A DNA stretch of 64,000 bases from an uncultured Planctomycetota bacterium (lineage in GTDB: Bacteria; Planctomycetota; Phycisphaerae; Tepidisphaerales; Tepidisphaeraceae): the NCBI GenBank assembly GCA_963841915.1, contig CAWJEN010000006.1:96001-160000 (forward strand), read 5' to 3'. How positions within the stretch are numbered: position 1 is the stretch's first letter; the number at the start of each line of letters is the position of its first letter. Position numbers and translations under genes: made by a program. Below the pieces are notes generated by a model. That model saw only the letters and a list, made by a program, of their open reading frames with translations. It was not told the origin of the DNA and ran no database searches. Below are positions 1 through 9,702 of the stretch, one piece after another.

Positions 1-2
1 AC

Positions 3-254
3 GGCAACACCGACGAGCACAGCCACGACGACCACGCCCCGACATCGCACCGCGGCCTCGATCTCAACCCACGCGAGGTGGCCATCCTCACGCCGCTTGC
101 GGTTTTGGTCATCGTGCTGGGTGTCTTTCCAACGCCTGTGCTTCAAAGCGTGCTGGATGACGTGAAGCAGGCCCGTGCCCCGCTGGGTGACAGCCAGATC
201 GTCATCATCGGCGACGACGTCGCTGCGTTGTCGAACGCTGCCATTGCCGACTAG
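3..254 (+). CDS. nuoM: NADH-quinone oxidoreductase subunit M, C-terminal end (5'-truncated by window)
   Basis: Frame 3 reads ...DLNPREVAILTPLAVLVIVLGVFPTPVL..., the typical NuoM C-terminal DLxxRE...LGxxP pattern; TAG at 252-254; directly upstream of nuoN. Confidence 0.85.
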   Translation, partial: GNTDEHSHDDHAPTSHRGLDLNPREVAILTPLAVLVIVLGVFPTPVLQSVLDDVKQARAPLGDSQIVIIGDDVAALSNAAIAD

Positions 255-263
255 CCACCACGC

Positions 264-305
264 GCCGCCCGATCTGACACTGCCGCCCGACCTGACACTG
301 CCGCC
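264..305. repeat. 18-bp tandem duplication (GCCGCCCGAYCTGACACT x2 plus partial)
   Basis: Units 264-281 and 282-299 differ at one base; intergenic between nuoM and nuoN. Confidence 0.8.
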
Positions 306-340
306 GATTCCGCCGACGCACCTTCGCCCGACCGCTTCTC

Positions 341-2095
341 ATGGAACTGTTTTCGCTTCTCCTGCCCGAGATCGTCGTCGTCCTGACGTCGCTGGTGCTG
401 TTCCTGTTCGGCGTCGTGAAGTCGAGCACCGTGCGCACGGTCGTGCCGTGGGTGGCCTTAGCCGGACTTGTCACTGCGGGCATTATCGCGACCTTCGCCA
501 GCCCGTACGGCGGCGGCGACTTCACCGGGGCCGTCGTCGGTGATGCACTGGCCAACTACAGCAAAGTCCTCGTCTGCGTCGTCGGTGTCATCCTGCTCCT
601 GCTCTGCTGGCCGACGCAGCAAGACGGCGGCGGTAACGTCGCGTTGCACTACGGCCTTGATGCCGCCGAATTCTTCGGCCTCGTGCTGCTGAGCCTGTGC
701 GGCGTCATGCTCGTCGCCGGTGCCGATGACACGATGCTCCTGTTCATGGGCATCGAGCTGGCCAGCATTCCGACCTATGTGCTGGTTGTCATGGGACGGC
801 CTTTGGCCAAGTCGCAGGAAGCGGGCCTCAAGTATTTCTACCTCGGCGCGATGGCCGCCGCGGTGTTGCTGCTCGGATTTGCCTACCTCTACGGCGTGAC
901 GGGCACCACCAACCTCACCGACTCTGCGGCCATTCTCGCCGGTGGCGAGGGTGCCCTCGGCGGCATCCTGGTCGGTAGCACCTGGAAGACGTTGGCGCTG
1001 ATCCTGCTCGTACTCGGTCTGTGCTTCAAGCTCGCCGCCTTCCCGCTGCACTTCTACGCCGGCGACGTCTACACCGGTGCCGCCACGCCGGTCACGGCCA
1101 TCTTGAGCTTCGTGCCCAAAGCGACCGGCATCCTGGCCCTCGTCAAGCTGTTGCTCGTCGCCGGTGCCGGCACGGCAGCAGGCGTTTCGCCCATCGTCTG
1201 GCACACGCTGCTCGTCATCAGCATTGTGACCATGTTCGTCGGCAACATGATGGCCCTGCTGACCGAGAACCTCAAGCGGGTCATGGCCTACAGCTCGATC
1301 GCCCACAGCGGTTACATGCTCGCAGCCCTGACCGCGTTGGCCGCGGCAGGTAACGTCACGGGTGGCCACTCTTCCATCGTGGCGTTGGCCATCACGGCTG
1401 TGCTGGTCTACCTCGCCGCCTACGGCGTCATGAACGCCGGCATCTTCGGCGTGCTCATGATGCTGCCGACCCGCGAACGCGTCGTCGATGCTGCAGGCGA
1501 AGTCTTCCGCCCGCCGGCGACCAGTGCCGAGACCTACGCAGAAATTCGCGGCGTCGGTCGCCGTCACCCGACGCTCGTCGTCGCCATGGCGATCTGCTGC
1601 ATCAGCCTCATTGGCATCCCGCTGACCGTCGGCTTCATCGGCAAGCTGTATATCTTCCAGCCGGCCGTCAAACTGGCACAGGACGCAAGCAACGGCAGCT
1701 CGCGCCTGCTGATGTGGGTGCTCATCGGCTCCATCGCCGTCAACGCCGCCATCGCCGCCGCCTACTACTTGCGGATCATCTCCGAGATGGTGCTGGGCAA
1801 GAGCCCTGAAGAGGAAGACGCCGACGCAGACGGCCAGCCGTACGAATCGGCACCGGCCCCGCGTCAGCCGTGGCCCGTGTTGGCGGCAACCGGTCTCAGC
1901 GCCGGTGGCGCGTTGTTCCTTGGTGGCATCGCACCGCAGACGCTGCAAGGCCTCACCAACGCAGCCGAAGTCGCCGCCCGCTCCGCCAGTGCCCGCTACG
2001 CCAGCAGCGACGATGTAGAAATGCAGTTGCTCGAGCGCGACATCGTCACGCCGACCGCAACGTTCGACCCGGACGTGCTCGAACTCGACAACTAG
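341..2095 (+). CDS. nuoN: NADH-quinone oxidoreductase subunit N
   Basis: Multi-TM protein with EAGLKYF, FKLAAFPLH, PTPVT-like ATPVTA..S..PK and KRVMAYSSIAHSGY motifs. Confidence 0.95.
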   Translation: MELFSLLLPEIVVVLTSLVLFLFGVVKSSTVRTVVPWVALAGLVTAGIIATFASPYGGGDFTGAVVGDALANYSKVLVCVVGVILLLLCWPTQQDGGGNVALHYGLDAAEFFGLVLLSLCGVMLVAGADDTMLLFMGIELASIPTYVLVVMGRPLAKSQEAGLKYFYLGAMAAAVLLLGFAYLYGVTGTTNLTDSAAILAGGEGALGGILVGSTWKTLALILLVLGLCFKLAAFPLHFYAGDVYTGAATPVTAILSFVPKATGILALVKLLLVAGAGTAAGVSPIVWHTLLVISIVTMFVGNMMALLTENLKRVMAYSSIAHSGYMLAALTALAAAGNVTGGHSSIVALAITAVLVYLAAYGVMNAGIFGVLMMLPTRERVVDAAGEVFRPPATSAETYAEIRGVGRRHPTLVVAMAICCISLIGIPLTVGFIGKLYIFQPAVKLAQDASNGSSRLLMWVLIGSIAVNAAIAAAYYLRIISEMVLGKSPEEEDADADGQPYESAPAPRQPWPVLAATGLSAGGALFLGGIAPQTLQGLTNAAEVAARSASARYASSDDVEMQLLERDIVTPTATFDPDVLELDN

Positions 2096-2129
2096 CAGCC
2101 GCTGCATCGGCGGCCGAGATTCAAGGGCC

Positions 2130-3191
2130 ATGCGGATCGCGCTCGTCATCCTCCACGGCGATCCGCGTCGAGGCGGGGCCGAGCGGTACACGCACAATCT
2201 GGCGTCCTCGCTCCGCAAGCGCGATCACGAGCCGGTCGTCATCGCCTCGTCGGCACCGGCCGATGTCGTCGTCGCCGCCACCGGGTCAAGCCGCTCGCGG
2301 CGGTACAGCTCGTTCTGCGAATCTGTCGCCGCCTACCTGCGCGATCAGCCGTTTGATCTGGTGCACGCGATGCTTCCGCTGGAGCGTGTGACAGCCGACT
2401 TGTACCACCCGCACGCTGGCATGGCGGGTCAGCGGAGCGGGTGGTTGTCATGGTGGACAAACCCGCGTCGCCGCCGATTTGCCGCCGCCGAGGCGGTTCA
2501 CGCCGCCGACCCGCAGACGACGTTCGTCACGCTGTCCGACTACGTCGCCGGCCTGACCCGCCGCATCTACCCGACGCTTCCGGCCACACGCGTTCGGCGG
2601 ATCTTCAACGCCGTCGATATCGACCACTTCAAGCTTGACGGTCCGCGGATCGACCTCGGAAGCGGCCCCGTCGTGCTGTTCGTCGGCAATGACTGGCGTC
2701 GCAAGGGGCTTGGCGACGTGTTGAAGGCAGTCGCTGCGACCGATGCACGACTGGCCGTCGCCGGTGTTGATCGGCCGCGAGTGATGACAGCTCATCGCAA
2801 GATCGCAACGTCGCTCGGCCTGGGCGAACGCGTCCTTTGGCTCGGCCGTCGAGACGATGCAGACATGCTTTACCGTTCTGCCGACGTATTCTGCCACGCG
2901 TCGCGACACGACCCGTGCTCCCTGGCGACGCTGGAGGCTCTTGCCAGCGGCCTGCCGGTGGTTGGCACCGCCACAGATGGTGCGACGGAGGCGATGGCGG
3001 TGCCGACGCACGGCCGCATCGCCACCCCGGCGACGCTACCCCAAGTGCTACAGGACGTGCTGGACACAAAGACGCTGAAGGCGATGAAGGTGGCGGTTCC
3101 TGATCTGCGCCCGAGCCTCGCTTGGCCGCGTCACGTGGATGCGGTCGTCGACCTCTACCACGAAATTTATCAGCGACGCTCGACGACGTAG
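2130..3191 (+). CDS. Glycosyltransferase family 4 (GT-B)
   Basis: N-terminal GGAERY, RKG motif, DPCSLATLEALASGLPVV signature. Confidence 0.9.
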   Translation: MRIALVILHGDPRRGGAERYTHNLASSLRKRDHEPVVIASSAPADVVVAATGSSRSRRYSSFCESVAAYLRDQPFDLVHAMLPLERVTADLYHPHAGMAGQRSGWLSWWTNPRRRRFAAAEAVHAADPQTTFVTLSDYVAGLTRRIYPTLPATRVRRIFNAVDIDHFKLDGPRIDLGSGPVVLFVGNDWRRKGLGDVLKAVAATDARLAVAGVDRPRVMTAHRKIATSLGLGERVLWLGRRDDADMLYRSADVFCHASRHDPCSLATLEALASGLPVVGTATDGATEAMAVPTHGRIATPATLPQVLQDVLDTKTLKAMKVAVPDLRPSLAWPRHVDAVVDLYHEIYQRRSTT

Positions 3192-3238
3192 CTCGTCGCC
3201 GCACCTGCCTCATCGACGGCAACGCCAACTGCGGCGAC

Positions 3239-3267
3239 TTGACACGCGGGCGATGCTGTGCGATATT
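3239..3267 (+). promoter_or_regulatory. Putative sigma70 promoter for the LacI gene
   Basis: TTGACA (3239-3244), 17-bp spacer, GATATT (3262-3267); the -10 is weak. Confidence 0.35.
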
Positions 3268-3326
3268 TGGAACAGTTCATCAGGCGTTCACGCTCGTCTT
3301 TCGCCTCGTCCCGTTCGCCCCGCACC

Positions 3327-4349
3327 ATGGCCACCGTCCGCCAAATCGCTGCAGATGCCGGCGTCTCCGTCGGTACCGTGTCCCGCGTCCTCAATAACTC
3401 GGCGAGTGTCAGCGCCGCCTCGCGGCAAAAAGTGCTTCGCGTGGTCGAAATGACCAAGTACGTCAACCCGGTCGTGACGCGACGCACGCTCAAGACGGTT
3501 GCCCTCGTTGCCACCGGTGGCCCTAGTCCGCTTGGCGGGCCTTACGACCTCGCGCTCGTGCAGGGGATTCACGAGGGGTTGGCGGGGCACGATTACAACC
3601 TGATGCTGCTCGATCTGCAGCGAAACCACGAGCGCGGCGAGACGTACGGCCAAACGCTGTCTCGACTCAACATCGGCGGCGCGTTGCTCCGCACCACGGC
3701 TGCGACGTCAAGGGTTGTCGAGGAAATCGCAGACGGCCCGGTGCCTGCCGTCGTCATTGCCGATACCGCCGCGTCGGGCAGGGTGCCCAGCGTCACGTGT
3801 TCGAGCGATCACGCGACGCAGCAGGCGATCAGTCACTTAGCCGGCCTGGGGCACAAGCGGATCGCCGTCACGCTCAACGTTGTGATGGATTTCGACCACA
3901 TGCAGCGGTTCGAGCAGTGGAAGGCCGGCATGATCACCTGCGGGCTTGAGCCTGCGTCGGACCTGATCATGAAGGTGCCCGCCCAGCGGGACGCCGGAGC
4001 CACCGCGTTGCGTCAGATTCTGGCGATGAAAGATCGGCCCACCGCCGTCTTCGCCGCCGACCCACACACAGCCGCCGGCATCCTGCAGGAAGCGCTTCGA
4101 CTCAATGTTGACATTCCCGGCGAGCTCAGCGTCGTCGGCTTCGACGATACCGACCTGCGACTGGGCGTGTATCCAAGACTTTCCGCCATTTGCCAAGACG
4201 CCGTCCGGCTCGGCCGCGACGCCTTTGCCCTGCTCGAACAGCTCATGCACGCCGACGAAGGATCGACGATTCCGATCGTCGATCATCGGCTGGAGTGCTG
4301 GTTCGAGCCTCATCACTCCACGGCTCCGCCACATCAGACGAGCGACTGA
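3327..4349 (+). CDS. LacI-family transcriptional regulator
   Basis: MATVRQIAADAGVSVGTVSRVLN HTH; IPGELSVVGFDD sugar-binding domain motif. ATG 3327 chosen as start. Confidence 0.95.
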   Translation: MATVRQIAADAGVSVGTVSRVLNNSASVSAASRQKVLRVVEMTKYVNPVVTRRTLKTVALVATGGPSPLGGPYDLALVQGIHEGLAGHDYNLMLLDLQRNHERGETYGQTLSRLNIGGALLRTTAATSRVVEEIADGPVPAVVIADTAASGRVPSVTCSSDHATQQAISHLAGLGHKRIAVTLNVVMDFDHMQRFEQWKAGMITCGLEPASDLIMKVPAQRDAGATALRQILAMKDRPTAVFAADPHTAAGILQEALRLNVDIPGELSVVGFDDTDLRLGVYPRLSAICQDAVRLGRDAFALLEQLMHADEGSTIPIVDHRLECWFEPHHSTAPPHQTSD

Positions 4350-4411
4350 TTGAACTTCCCTGCTGTTCGTCGGTTTCGTCATTTTTTACGATTGTTCCTG
4401 AGGAGAACCCC

Positions 4412-6220
4412 ATGTTCCGTTCCACCACTGCCGCCCTGTCGATCGCGCTTGCCGCGGCCATGGCGTCTCCCACGCACGCCACCGAGCCCGTCACCATCGA
4501 GCGCGACAACGGCTCCATCGCCCTGATGCGCGACGGCAAGTCCTTCCGCTTCAAAGGAGCCGGCGGCAGCGGTGACTACGAACTGCTCGCCCAGGCCGGT
4601 GGCAACGCGATTCGCACCTGGGGCATCGGTCCCGAGACCCGGCAAGTGCTCGACGACGCCCATGAGAACGGTCTCGTCGTTGTCTTCGGCATCTGGCTGC
4701 GCCACGAGCGGAAGGGCTTCGACTACAACGACGCAGAAGCCGTCGCCGCCCAACTCGAAGAAGCTCGCGACATTGTTGAGACGTGGAAGGACCACCCGGC
4801 CATCGTTGCCTGGAGCATCGGCAACGAGATGGAGGGCTACGAGGACGCCAACAATGCCGCCGTCTGGTCGCACGTCCAGTCGATCGCTGGCATTGTCAAA
4901 GACATCGACCCCGACCGCCCGACGATGACCGTGACGGCAGAGGTCGGTGGCGGTCGCGTGCCCAACATCCACCGGCTTTGCCCGGACATCGACATCGTCG
5001 GCATCAACAGCTACGGCGGCGCAAGCTCGTTGCCGGAGCGATACCCGGCTCTCGTGCCAGACGGTTACGAGCCCAAGCCCTACGTCGTCACGGAGTACGG
5101 ACCGGCCGGCACGTGGGAGGTGCCGATGAACGCGTTCGACGTGCCCGAGGAACAGACCAGCACCCAAAAGGCTGCCGTCTACAAAAGCGTGTACGAAACG
5201 CTCGAGGCTGACAAGGACCTTTGCCTCGGGTCATTCGCCTTCACCTGGGGCTCCAAGCGGGAGGCGACCAGCACCTGGTTCGGCCTCTTCACCAGCACCG
5301 GTGAGAAAGTCAGCGGCGTCGACGCATTGGCCGATGCCTGGGGCGGCAGCGTCGACAACCGTGCCCCGAACATGGAGCCACTCAGCGTCGACCGCCAGAG
5401 TGCTGAGGGCGGTACGAAGCTCAGCGTCACGACGAGCGTCACCGACCCGGAGAACGACTCGCTCGAGACCGAGTGGGTCCTGTCGGCAGAACAGCCGACC
5501 TACTTCACAGGTGGTGACACGCAGGCAGAGACGCCCAGTTATCCCGAGGCCATCACCGACCAACGTGTGGACGGCTGCACGATCACGCTGCCTGAGCAGC
5601 CGGGAATCTACCGCCTGTACGCCGTCGTTCGCGACGGCAACGGGTCGGCGGCCACCGCGTCGCTGCCGTTACGCGTCGAGGGTAAAGCCGGTGACATGGA
5701 ACGGGCCGTCGAAGGCGCGGCCAAGGTCACGTTGCCGCTCGTGCTCGTCGGTGACGAAGCCAAGCAGGCCTACATCCCCAGCGGCTACATCGGCGACCAC
5801 GCGAGCATCAAGTACGACCCGGCCGACGCCACCGACCCGCAGGCCGGCAAGACGGCAAGTCGCCTGGACTTCAACGCCAGCGCAGGCTGGGGCGGCATCG
5901 TCTGGCAGAGCCCGCCCAACGACTGGGGCGACGTCGACGGTGGCTACGACCTGTCAAACGCAAAAAGGCTCCGCTTCTGGGCACGCGGCGCAGAAGGTGG
6001 CGAAAACATCTCCTTCGGTTTCGGCGGCATCGGCCGTGACAAGCCGTTCTTCGACACGGCCGACGTCATCATGCCGTTCACGCTGACGAAGCAGTGGAAG
6101 CAGTACGAGATCGACCTCGCCGGCCAGGACATGAGCCGCATCAAGAGCGGCTTCCGCTGGACCGGCGCTGCCGACGGCAAGCCATTCGCGTTCTACCTTG
6201 ATGAGGTGCGATACGAGTGA
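4412..6220 (+). CDS. Secreted clan GH-A glycoside hydrolase (GH2-TIM/GH158-like) with Ig-like and C-terminal carbohydrate-binding-like domains
   Basis: AGGAG RBS, signal peptide, NAIRTWG, HPAIVAWSIGNE (acid/base), VTEYG (nucleophile); Trp-rich C-terminal domain GWGGIVWQ...LRFWARG. Confidence 0.8.
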   Translation: MFRSTTAALSIALAAAMASPTHATEPVTIERDNGSIALMRDGKSFRFKGAGGSGDYELLAQAGGNAIRTWGIGPETRQVLDDAHENGLVVVFGIWLRHERKGFDYNDAEAVAAQLEEARDIVETWKDHPAIVAWSIGNEMEGYEDANNAAVWSHVQSIAGIVKDIDPDRPTMTVTAEVGGGRVPNIHRLCPDIDIVGINSYGGASSLPERYPALVPDGYEPKPYVVTEYGPAGTWEVPMNAFDVPEEQTSTQKAAVYKSVYETLEADKDLCLGSFAFTWGSKREATSTWFGLFTSTGEKVSGVDALADAWGGSVDNRAPNMEPLSVDRQSAEGGTKLSVTTSVTDPENDSLETEWVLSAEQPTYFTGGDTQAETPSYPEAITDQRVDGCTITLPEQPGIYRLYAVVRDGNGSAATASLPLRVEGKAGDMERAVEGAAKVTLPLVLVGDEAKQAYIPSGYIGDHASIKYDPADATDPQAGKTASRLDFNASAGWGGIVWQSPPNDWGDVDGGYDLSNAKRLRFWARGAEGGENISFGFGGIGRDKPFFDTADVIMPFTLTKQWKQYEIDLAGQDMSRIKSGFRWTGAADGKPFAFYLDEVRYE

Positions 6221-6303
6221 GCCGGATCTGACGTGTGTAACAAGAACTTCCCGCGCGGGGCGCCGGGCAGTTTTACGTTTGGCCCGATCCGACGGAGACA
6301 GAC

Positions 6304-8277
6304 TCACACCGCCCGACTGTTCAAGGGCGGGCGAATCTCGTTGTCGCGGTACGCCTCGATCAGCCGCTCGAGCATCTTGATCTCGTTGCGGATCTCGCGG
6401 CCGCGTTCGGTGTCGCACATGCGGTGCGGCGGGTCGAACTCGGCGATTGGCGTGACCTGCGGCACGATGTCGACGCCGTCGCGGATGGCCGCCTCGATGC
6501 TGTCGAAGTGGTGGTGCTCGGCAAGAATGGTTTTTGACGGTTCGAGCACAAGCGTGTAGCCGTGGTCGCCGTAGGCCTCGCTAAAGGCACCGTCGATGGT
6601 GATGGCCTTGCCGCTGTCTTTGAGCGGACTCTCGCCCTTCTCGATCTTCACCGGCACGTGTCCGTTGACGATGAGCCCCTTGTCAGGATCGACATTGAAG
6701 GCGGCAAGCACCTTCTCGCAGAAGCTCACATCGTGGATGAGCTTGAAGTAAGGGTTCTTCTGCTCGTGGTGCGTCGCCGTGTCGTGTAGGAAGTCACGCT
6801 CGAACGTCTTGATGCGGTCTTTGCCGAACAGAGGCGAGCGCGGTCCATTCCATAGATACCAAAGAAAGTCAGTATCTTCCTGTCGGCCTTCGTGTAGCGC
6901 TCGCAGGACAACACGCTCGATGCGGTGGAACATCTCGCGGCCGACCACCTCCTTGCCATCGATCGTCATGGGCAGAAATTCGCCATTGTCGTCGACGGGC
7001 GTGCAGCCGTGGAAGATGAGGTGGTTGTCTCGCACGAGGACCATGCTGCCTTGCTCCACGAGGAACATCATGTGGCGTTGCAGGTGTTCGCTGCTGATGA
7101 AGCTGTTGCGGATGCGACGCATGCATGCCTGCTCCTCGGCAGAAAGCGTGTACGGGTCGTCGGGGTCGAGTGTGGGGAACAGCTTGTCGCGTAGCTCGTA
7201 GGTTGTGCCGTCGAGCGTGATGGTGCCGGCCTCCTTGTCGATGCGGTGCATCAGGCGGCGGTCGTCGAGGTGCCACTCGGGGTGACGCTCGATCATCTGG
7301 CCCTCGAGCTTGAACTGCATGATGGCGATCGCCTTCTGCATGCGGGCGACGAGCCAGTTGGGCCTCATGCCGTCGCTCTTGGGATAGAAGTGCTCGGCCG
7401 GATCTTCGTTGTAGATCTCGCGGACGAGCTGATCGAGCGGCGTCAGCGGGATCGAATAGCCGTCGTCGATCTGCGACAGACGCCTGTAGCGAAGCGACAC
7501 CCGCAGGCACAGGCAGATGAGCGCTTCGTTGCCGAGGGCCGCCCCGAGCCAGGTAACGTCGTGGTTGCCCCAGACGAAGCGAACGTTGGGCTGCTGGCTG
7601 AGGTAGTCGAGCACCTTGTCACCGCGTGGCCCGCGGTCCCAGCAGTCGCCGTTGATGATGAGTTCGTAGATCGCCAGGTTGCGAACGAGCCTGCCGACGA
7701 CGTGGACAAGCTGCAGGGCATTGTCACGCAACGCCAACTCGCGGACGATGGCGTCGAGGAAGTCGGGGCTGCGGCCGGTCGTCGGCTCCTGCATCATCTC
7801 CATGAGCAGCTCGCGGTACGCCTCGGGAAACACACCCGCCGCCCGCTTCAGGCTGTAGCCGCTGGCCAGGGTGCGGGCGAGTTCAAGCTGCAGCCGAAGC
7901 GTCTTGACGACGTAGGCGCTGATCTCACTGCGGTCGGTCATCGACCGCTGCAGCATGTCTGTAACTTCTGCCGGGTAGAAGACGAGTGTGAGGAACTCCT
8001 GAAACTCCTTCTTGTCGAGCCGGTCGGCGAAGAGGTTCTCGACGATCGGCCGCAGCGTGCCGCTGGCGTTGTTGATGACGTGACGAAGCTTCTTGTCTTC
8101 GCCGTGGACGTCGGAGATCACGTGCACCGTCCCCTTGGGCAGCGTGCAAACCGCCGACAATCGGGCCAGCTCGGCCATGGCCGACTCGACCGACGGGAAC
8201 TTTTCCGACAGAAATTGCAGTAGGGCTAGCTCGTAATCGTGCCCGCCGGCAAAGCTCGTGTGATCGGTGGCGTGCAT
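6304..8277 (-). CDS. fbp: Fructose-1,6-bisphosphatase class III (Firmicute-type)
   Basis: LPKGTVHVISDVHGE, GDCWDRGP, WGNHD, SPLFGKD, NGHVPVK..GESP.K, IDGAFS.AY...GYTL motifs; ATG at 8277. Confidence 0.92.
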   Translation of the reverse strand: MHATDHTSFAGGHDYELALLQFLSEKFPSVESAMAELARLSAVCTLPKGTVHVISDVHGEDKKLRHVINNASGTLRPIVENLFADRLDKKEFQEFLTLVFYPAEVTDMLQRSMTDRSEISAYVVKTLRLQLELARTLASGYSLKRAAGVFPEAYRELLMEMMQEPTTGRSPDFLDAIVRELALRDNALQLVHVVGRLVRNLAIYELIINGDCWDRGPRGDKVLDYLSQQPNVRFVWGNHDVTWLGAALGNEALICLCLRVSLRYRRLSQIDDGYSIPLTPLDQLVREIYNEDPAEHFYPKSDGMRPNWLVARMQKAIAIMQFKLEGQMIERHPEWHLDDRRLMHRIDKEAGTITLDGTTYELRDKLFPTLDPDDPYTLSAEEQACMRRIRNSFISSEHLQRHMMFLVEQGSMVLVRDNHLIFHGCTPVDDNGEFLPMTIDGKEVVGREMFHRIERVVLRALHEGRQEDTDFLWYLWNGPRSPLFGKDRIKTFERDFLHDTATHHEQKNPYFKLIHDVSFCEKVLAAFNVDPDKGLIVNGHVPVKIEKGESPLKDSGKAITIDGAFSEAYGDHGYTLVLEPSKTILAEHHHFDSIEAAIRDGVDIVPQVTPIAEFDPPHRMCDTERGREIRNEIKMLERLIEAYRDNEIRPPLNSRAV

Positions 8278-8354
8278 AGGTCGTGTGTTTCTAGCAGAGG
8301 AAGCGCCTGTTCCGCCACCTGCTGCGACGCCTGGCGACAAAGATGTCGCACGTT

Positions 8355-8392
8355 CTGGCGTCGACGAGCGAACTGGCGTCGACGAGCGAACT
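8355..8392. repeat. 18-bp perfect tandem duplication (CTGGCGTCGACGAGCGAA x2)
   Basis: Units 8355-8372 and 8373-8390, in the divergent fbp/queF intergenic region. Confidence 0.85.
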
Positions 8393-8453
8393 CGCCCAAT
8401 GCCGCCAACCCCCCAAGGGCAAGGCCTGGGCAGACTCCATACCCTGTTGGTCC

Positions 8454-8891
8454 ATGAGCACGGAGACTCCATCGAGCCTTGACAACGGCACGCACCAGCC
8501 CCGCGAACTCGGCCGCCAATCCGGAGCCCTCAAGCCCGAGCAGATCGAAACGCCGCGGACGATCCTCGACACGTTCCCCAACCCCCGCCCCGGCCGCGAC
8601 TACGAGGTGAAGTTCGTCTTCCCCGAGTTCACCAGCATCTGCCCCGTCACCGGCCAGCCCGACTTCGCCACCTTCACCATCACCTACACCCCCGGCGACC
8701 GCAACGTCGAGATGAAGTCGCTCAAGCTCTACTTCCTCGCCTTCCGCAACAAGGGCATCTTCTACGAGGCGGTGACGAATCAAGTCTTCGACGACCTGCA
8801 AGACACGCTCTCGCCGCGACGCCTCAAGGTCGAAGCCGACTTCGCCGTCCGCGGCGGCACACAGGGGATTGTGACCGTCAGCAGCGAGTAA
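8454..8891 (+). CDS. queF: NADPH-dependent preQ0 reductase QueF (type I)
   Basis: PEFTSICPVTGQPDFA, VEMKSLKLY, FRNKGIFYE and VRGG motifs. Confidence 0.95.
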   Translation: MSTETPSSLDNGTHQPRELGRQSGALKPEQIETPRTILDTFPNPRPGRDYEVKFVFPEFTSICPVTGQPDFATFTITYTPGDRNVEMKSLKLYFLAFRNKGIFYEAVTNQVFDDLQDTLSPRRLKVEADFAVRGGTQGIVTVSSE

Positions 8892-8957
8892 GCGAATCGG
8901 AAGCGGCGACAACCGAAGCCGTCGCTATCTCCCTCGACTGCCCGAGGTACCGCAGGA

Positions 8958-8984
8958 AAAGGCTCGCGACCCCTTTATCTGCCC
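8958..8984. repeat. Left 27-bp inverted repeat (REP-like)
   Basis: AAAGGCTCGCGACCCCTTTATCTGCCC matches the reverse complement of 9592-9618 at 25/27 positions. Confidence 0.85.
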
Positions 8985-9649
8985 TGTGCCTCGCCATCGT
9001 CGAGGATGCCGAAGTTGAGACCGCCGCGGATGGAATCTTCATCGCAGTGAATCATCACCTGATCCTGCACGCGTCGTCCATCTGGCAATGTCCACGCAAG
9101 GCTGACGGAGCTTGACTGCGTGATGAATTCGGATCGCACCGTGCCACCCGGCTGGATGTCGCCGACCTGGAAGGTTTCGCCACCCGTGAGGATCTGGACG
9201 TTCGTCACTTCGCTGTCCGTTCGATTAGCCACTCGCACATCCGCCTTGGACCAACTCATGAGCATCAGCCCGATGAACCCGCCCAAGAGAGCCAAGACGA
9301 CGAGGAGGATCGAACTGCTGACGGCGCGACGGCCGTACTCACGTTGTTCACGGCGAACACGATCCACGAGGATGCCGCCCGCGTTGGCGTAGACGATCAA
9401 GCCGACGATAAAGCCGGTCAACGTGATGAACGGAGCCGCGTAGAAGACCAAGATGCCGAGCACCACAAACACGTCGCTGTAGGTCAACCACCGGCCGATC
9501 AGGCAGAGGAACCCGACGCCAATGATGACCATGTTGAGACGGCTTAGACCCCTTGCCCACTTGATGCCCGTTCTGGGGGCAGACAAAGGGGGGGCAGACA
9601 AAGGGGTCGGGAGCCTTTGTCGCGGATGGTGTCCCGCCGATGCTGACAT
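8975..9649 (-). CDS. Hypothetical membrane protein (about 3 TM helices plus a C-terminal beta domain); start may be 9532
   Basis: The 3' part of the long minus ORF is protein-like (hydrophobic helices, then VRVANRTDSEVTNVQI...GDIQPGG). ATG at 9649 or 9532; the TAA stop lies inside the left IR. Confidence 0.65.
   Translation of the reverse strand: MSASAGHHPRQRLPTPLSAPPLSAPRTGIKWARGLSRLNMVIIGVGFLCLIGRWLTYSDVFVVLGILVFYAAPFITLTGFIVGLIVYANAGGILVDRVRREQREYGRRAVSSSILLVVLALLGGFIGLMLMSWSKADVRVANRTDSEVTNVQILTGGETFQVGDIQPGGTVRSEFITQSSSVSLAWTLPDGRRVQDQVMIHCDEDSIRGGLNFGILDDGEAQGR
9575..9618. repeat. Right 27-bp inverted repeat (9592-9618) with a 15-bp tandem duplication of its inner end
   Basis: GGGCAGACAAAGGGGTCGGGAGCCTTT; GGGGGCAGACAAAGG occurs at 9575-9589 and 9590-9604. 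Confidence 0.85.
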
Positions 9650-9702
9650 GCCGGCCACTCTAGCGGATATGACGCGAGGCACTAGGCAGACGCCCCGCCA
9701 CC

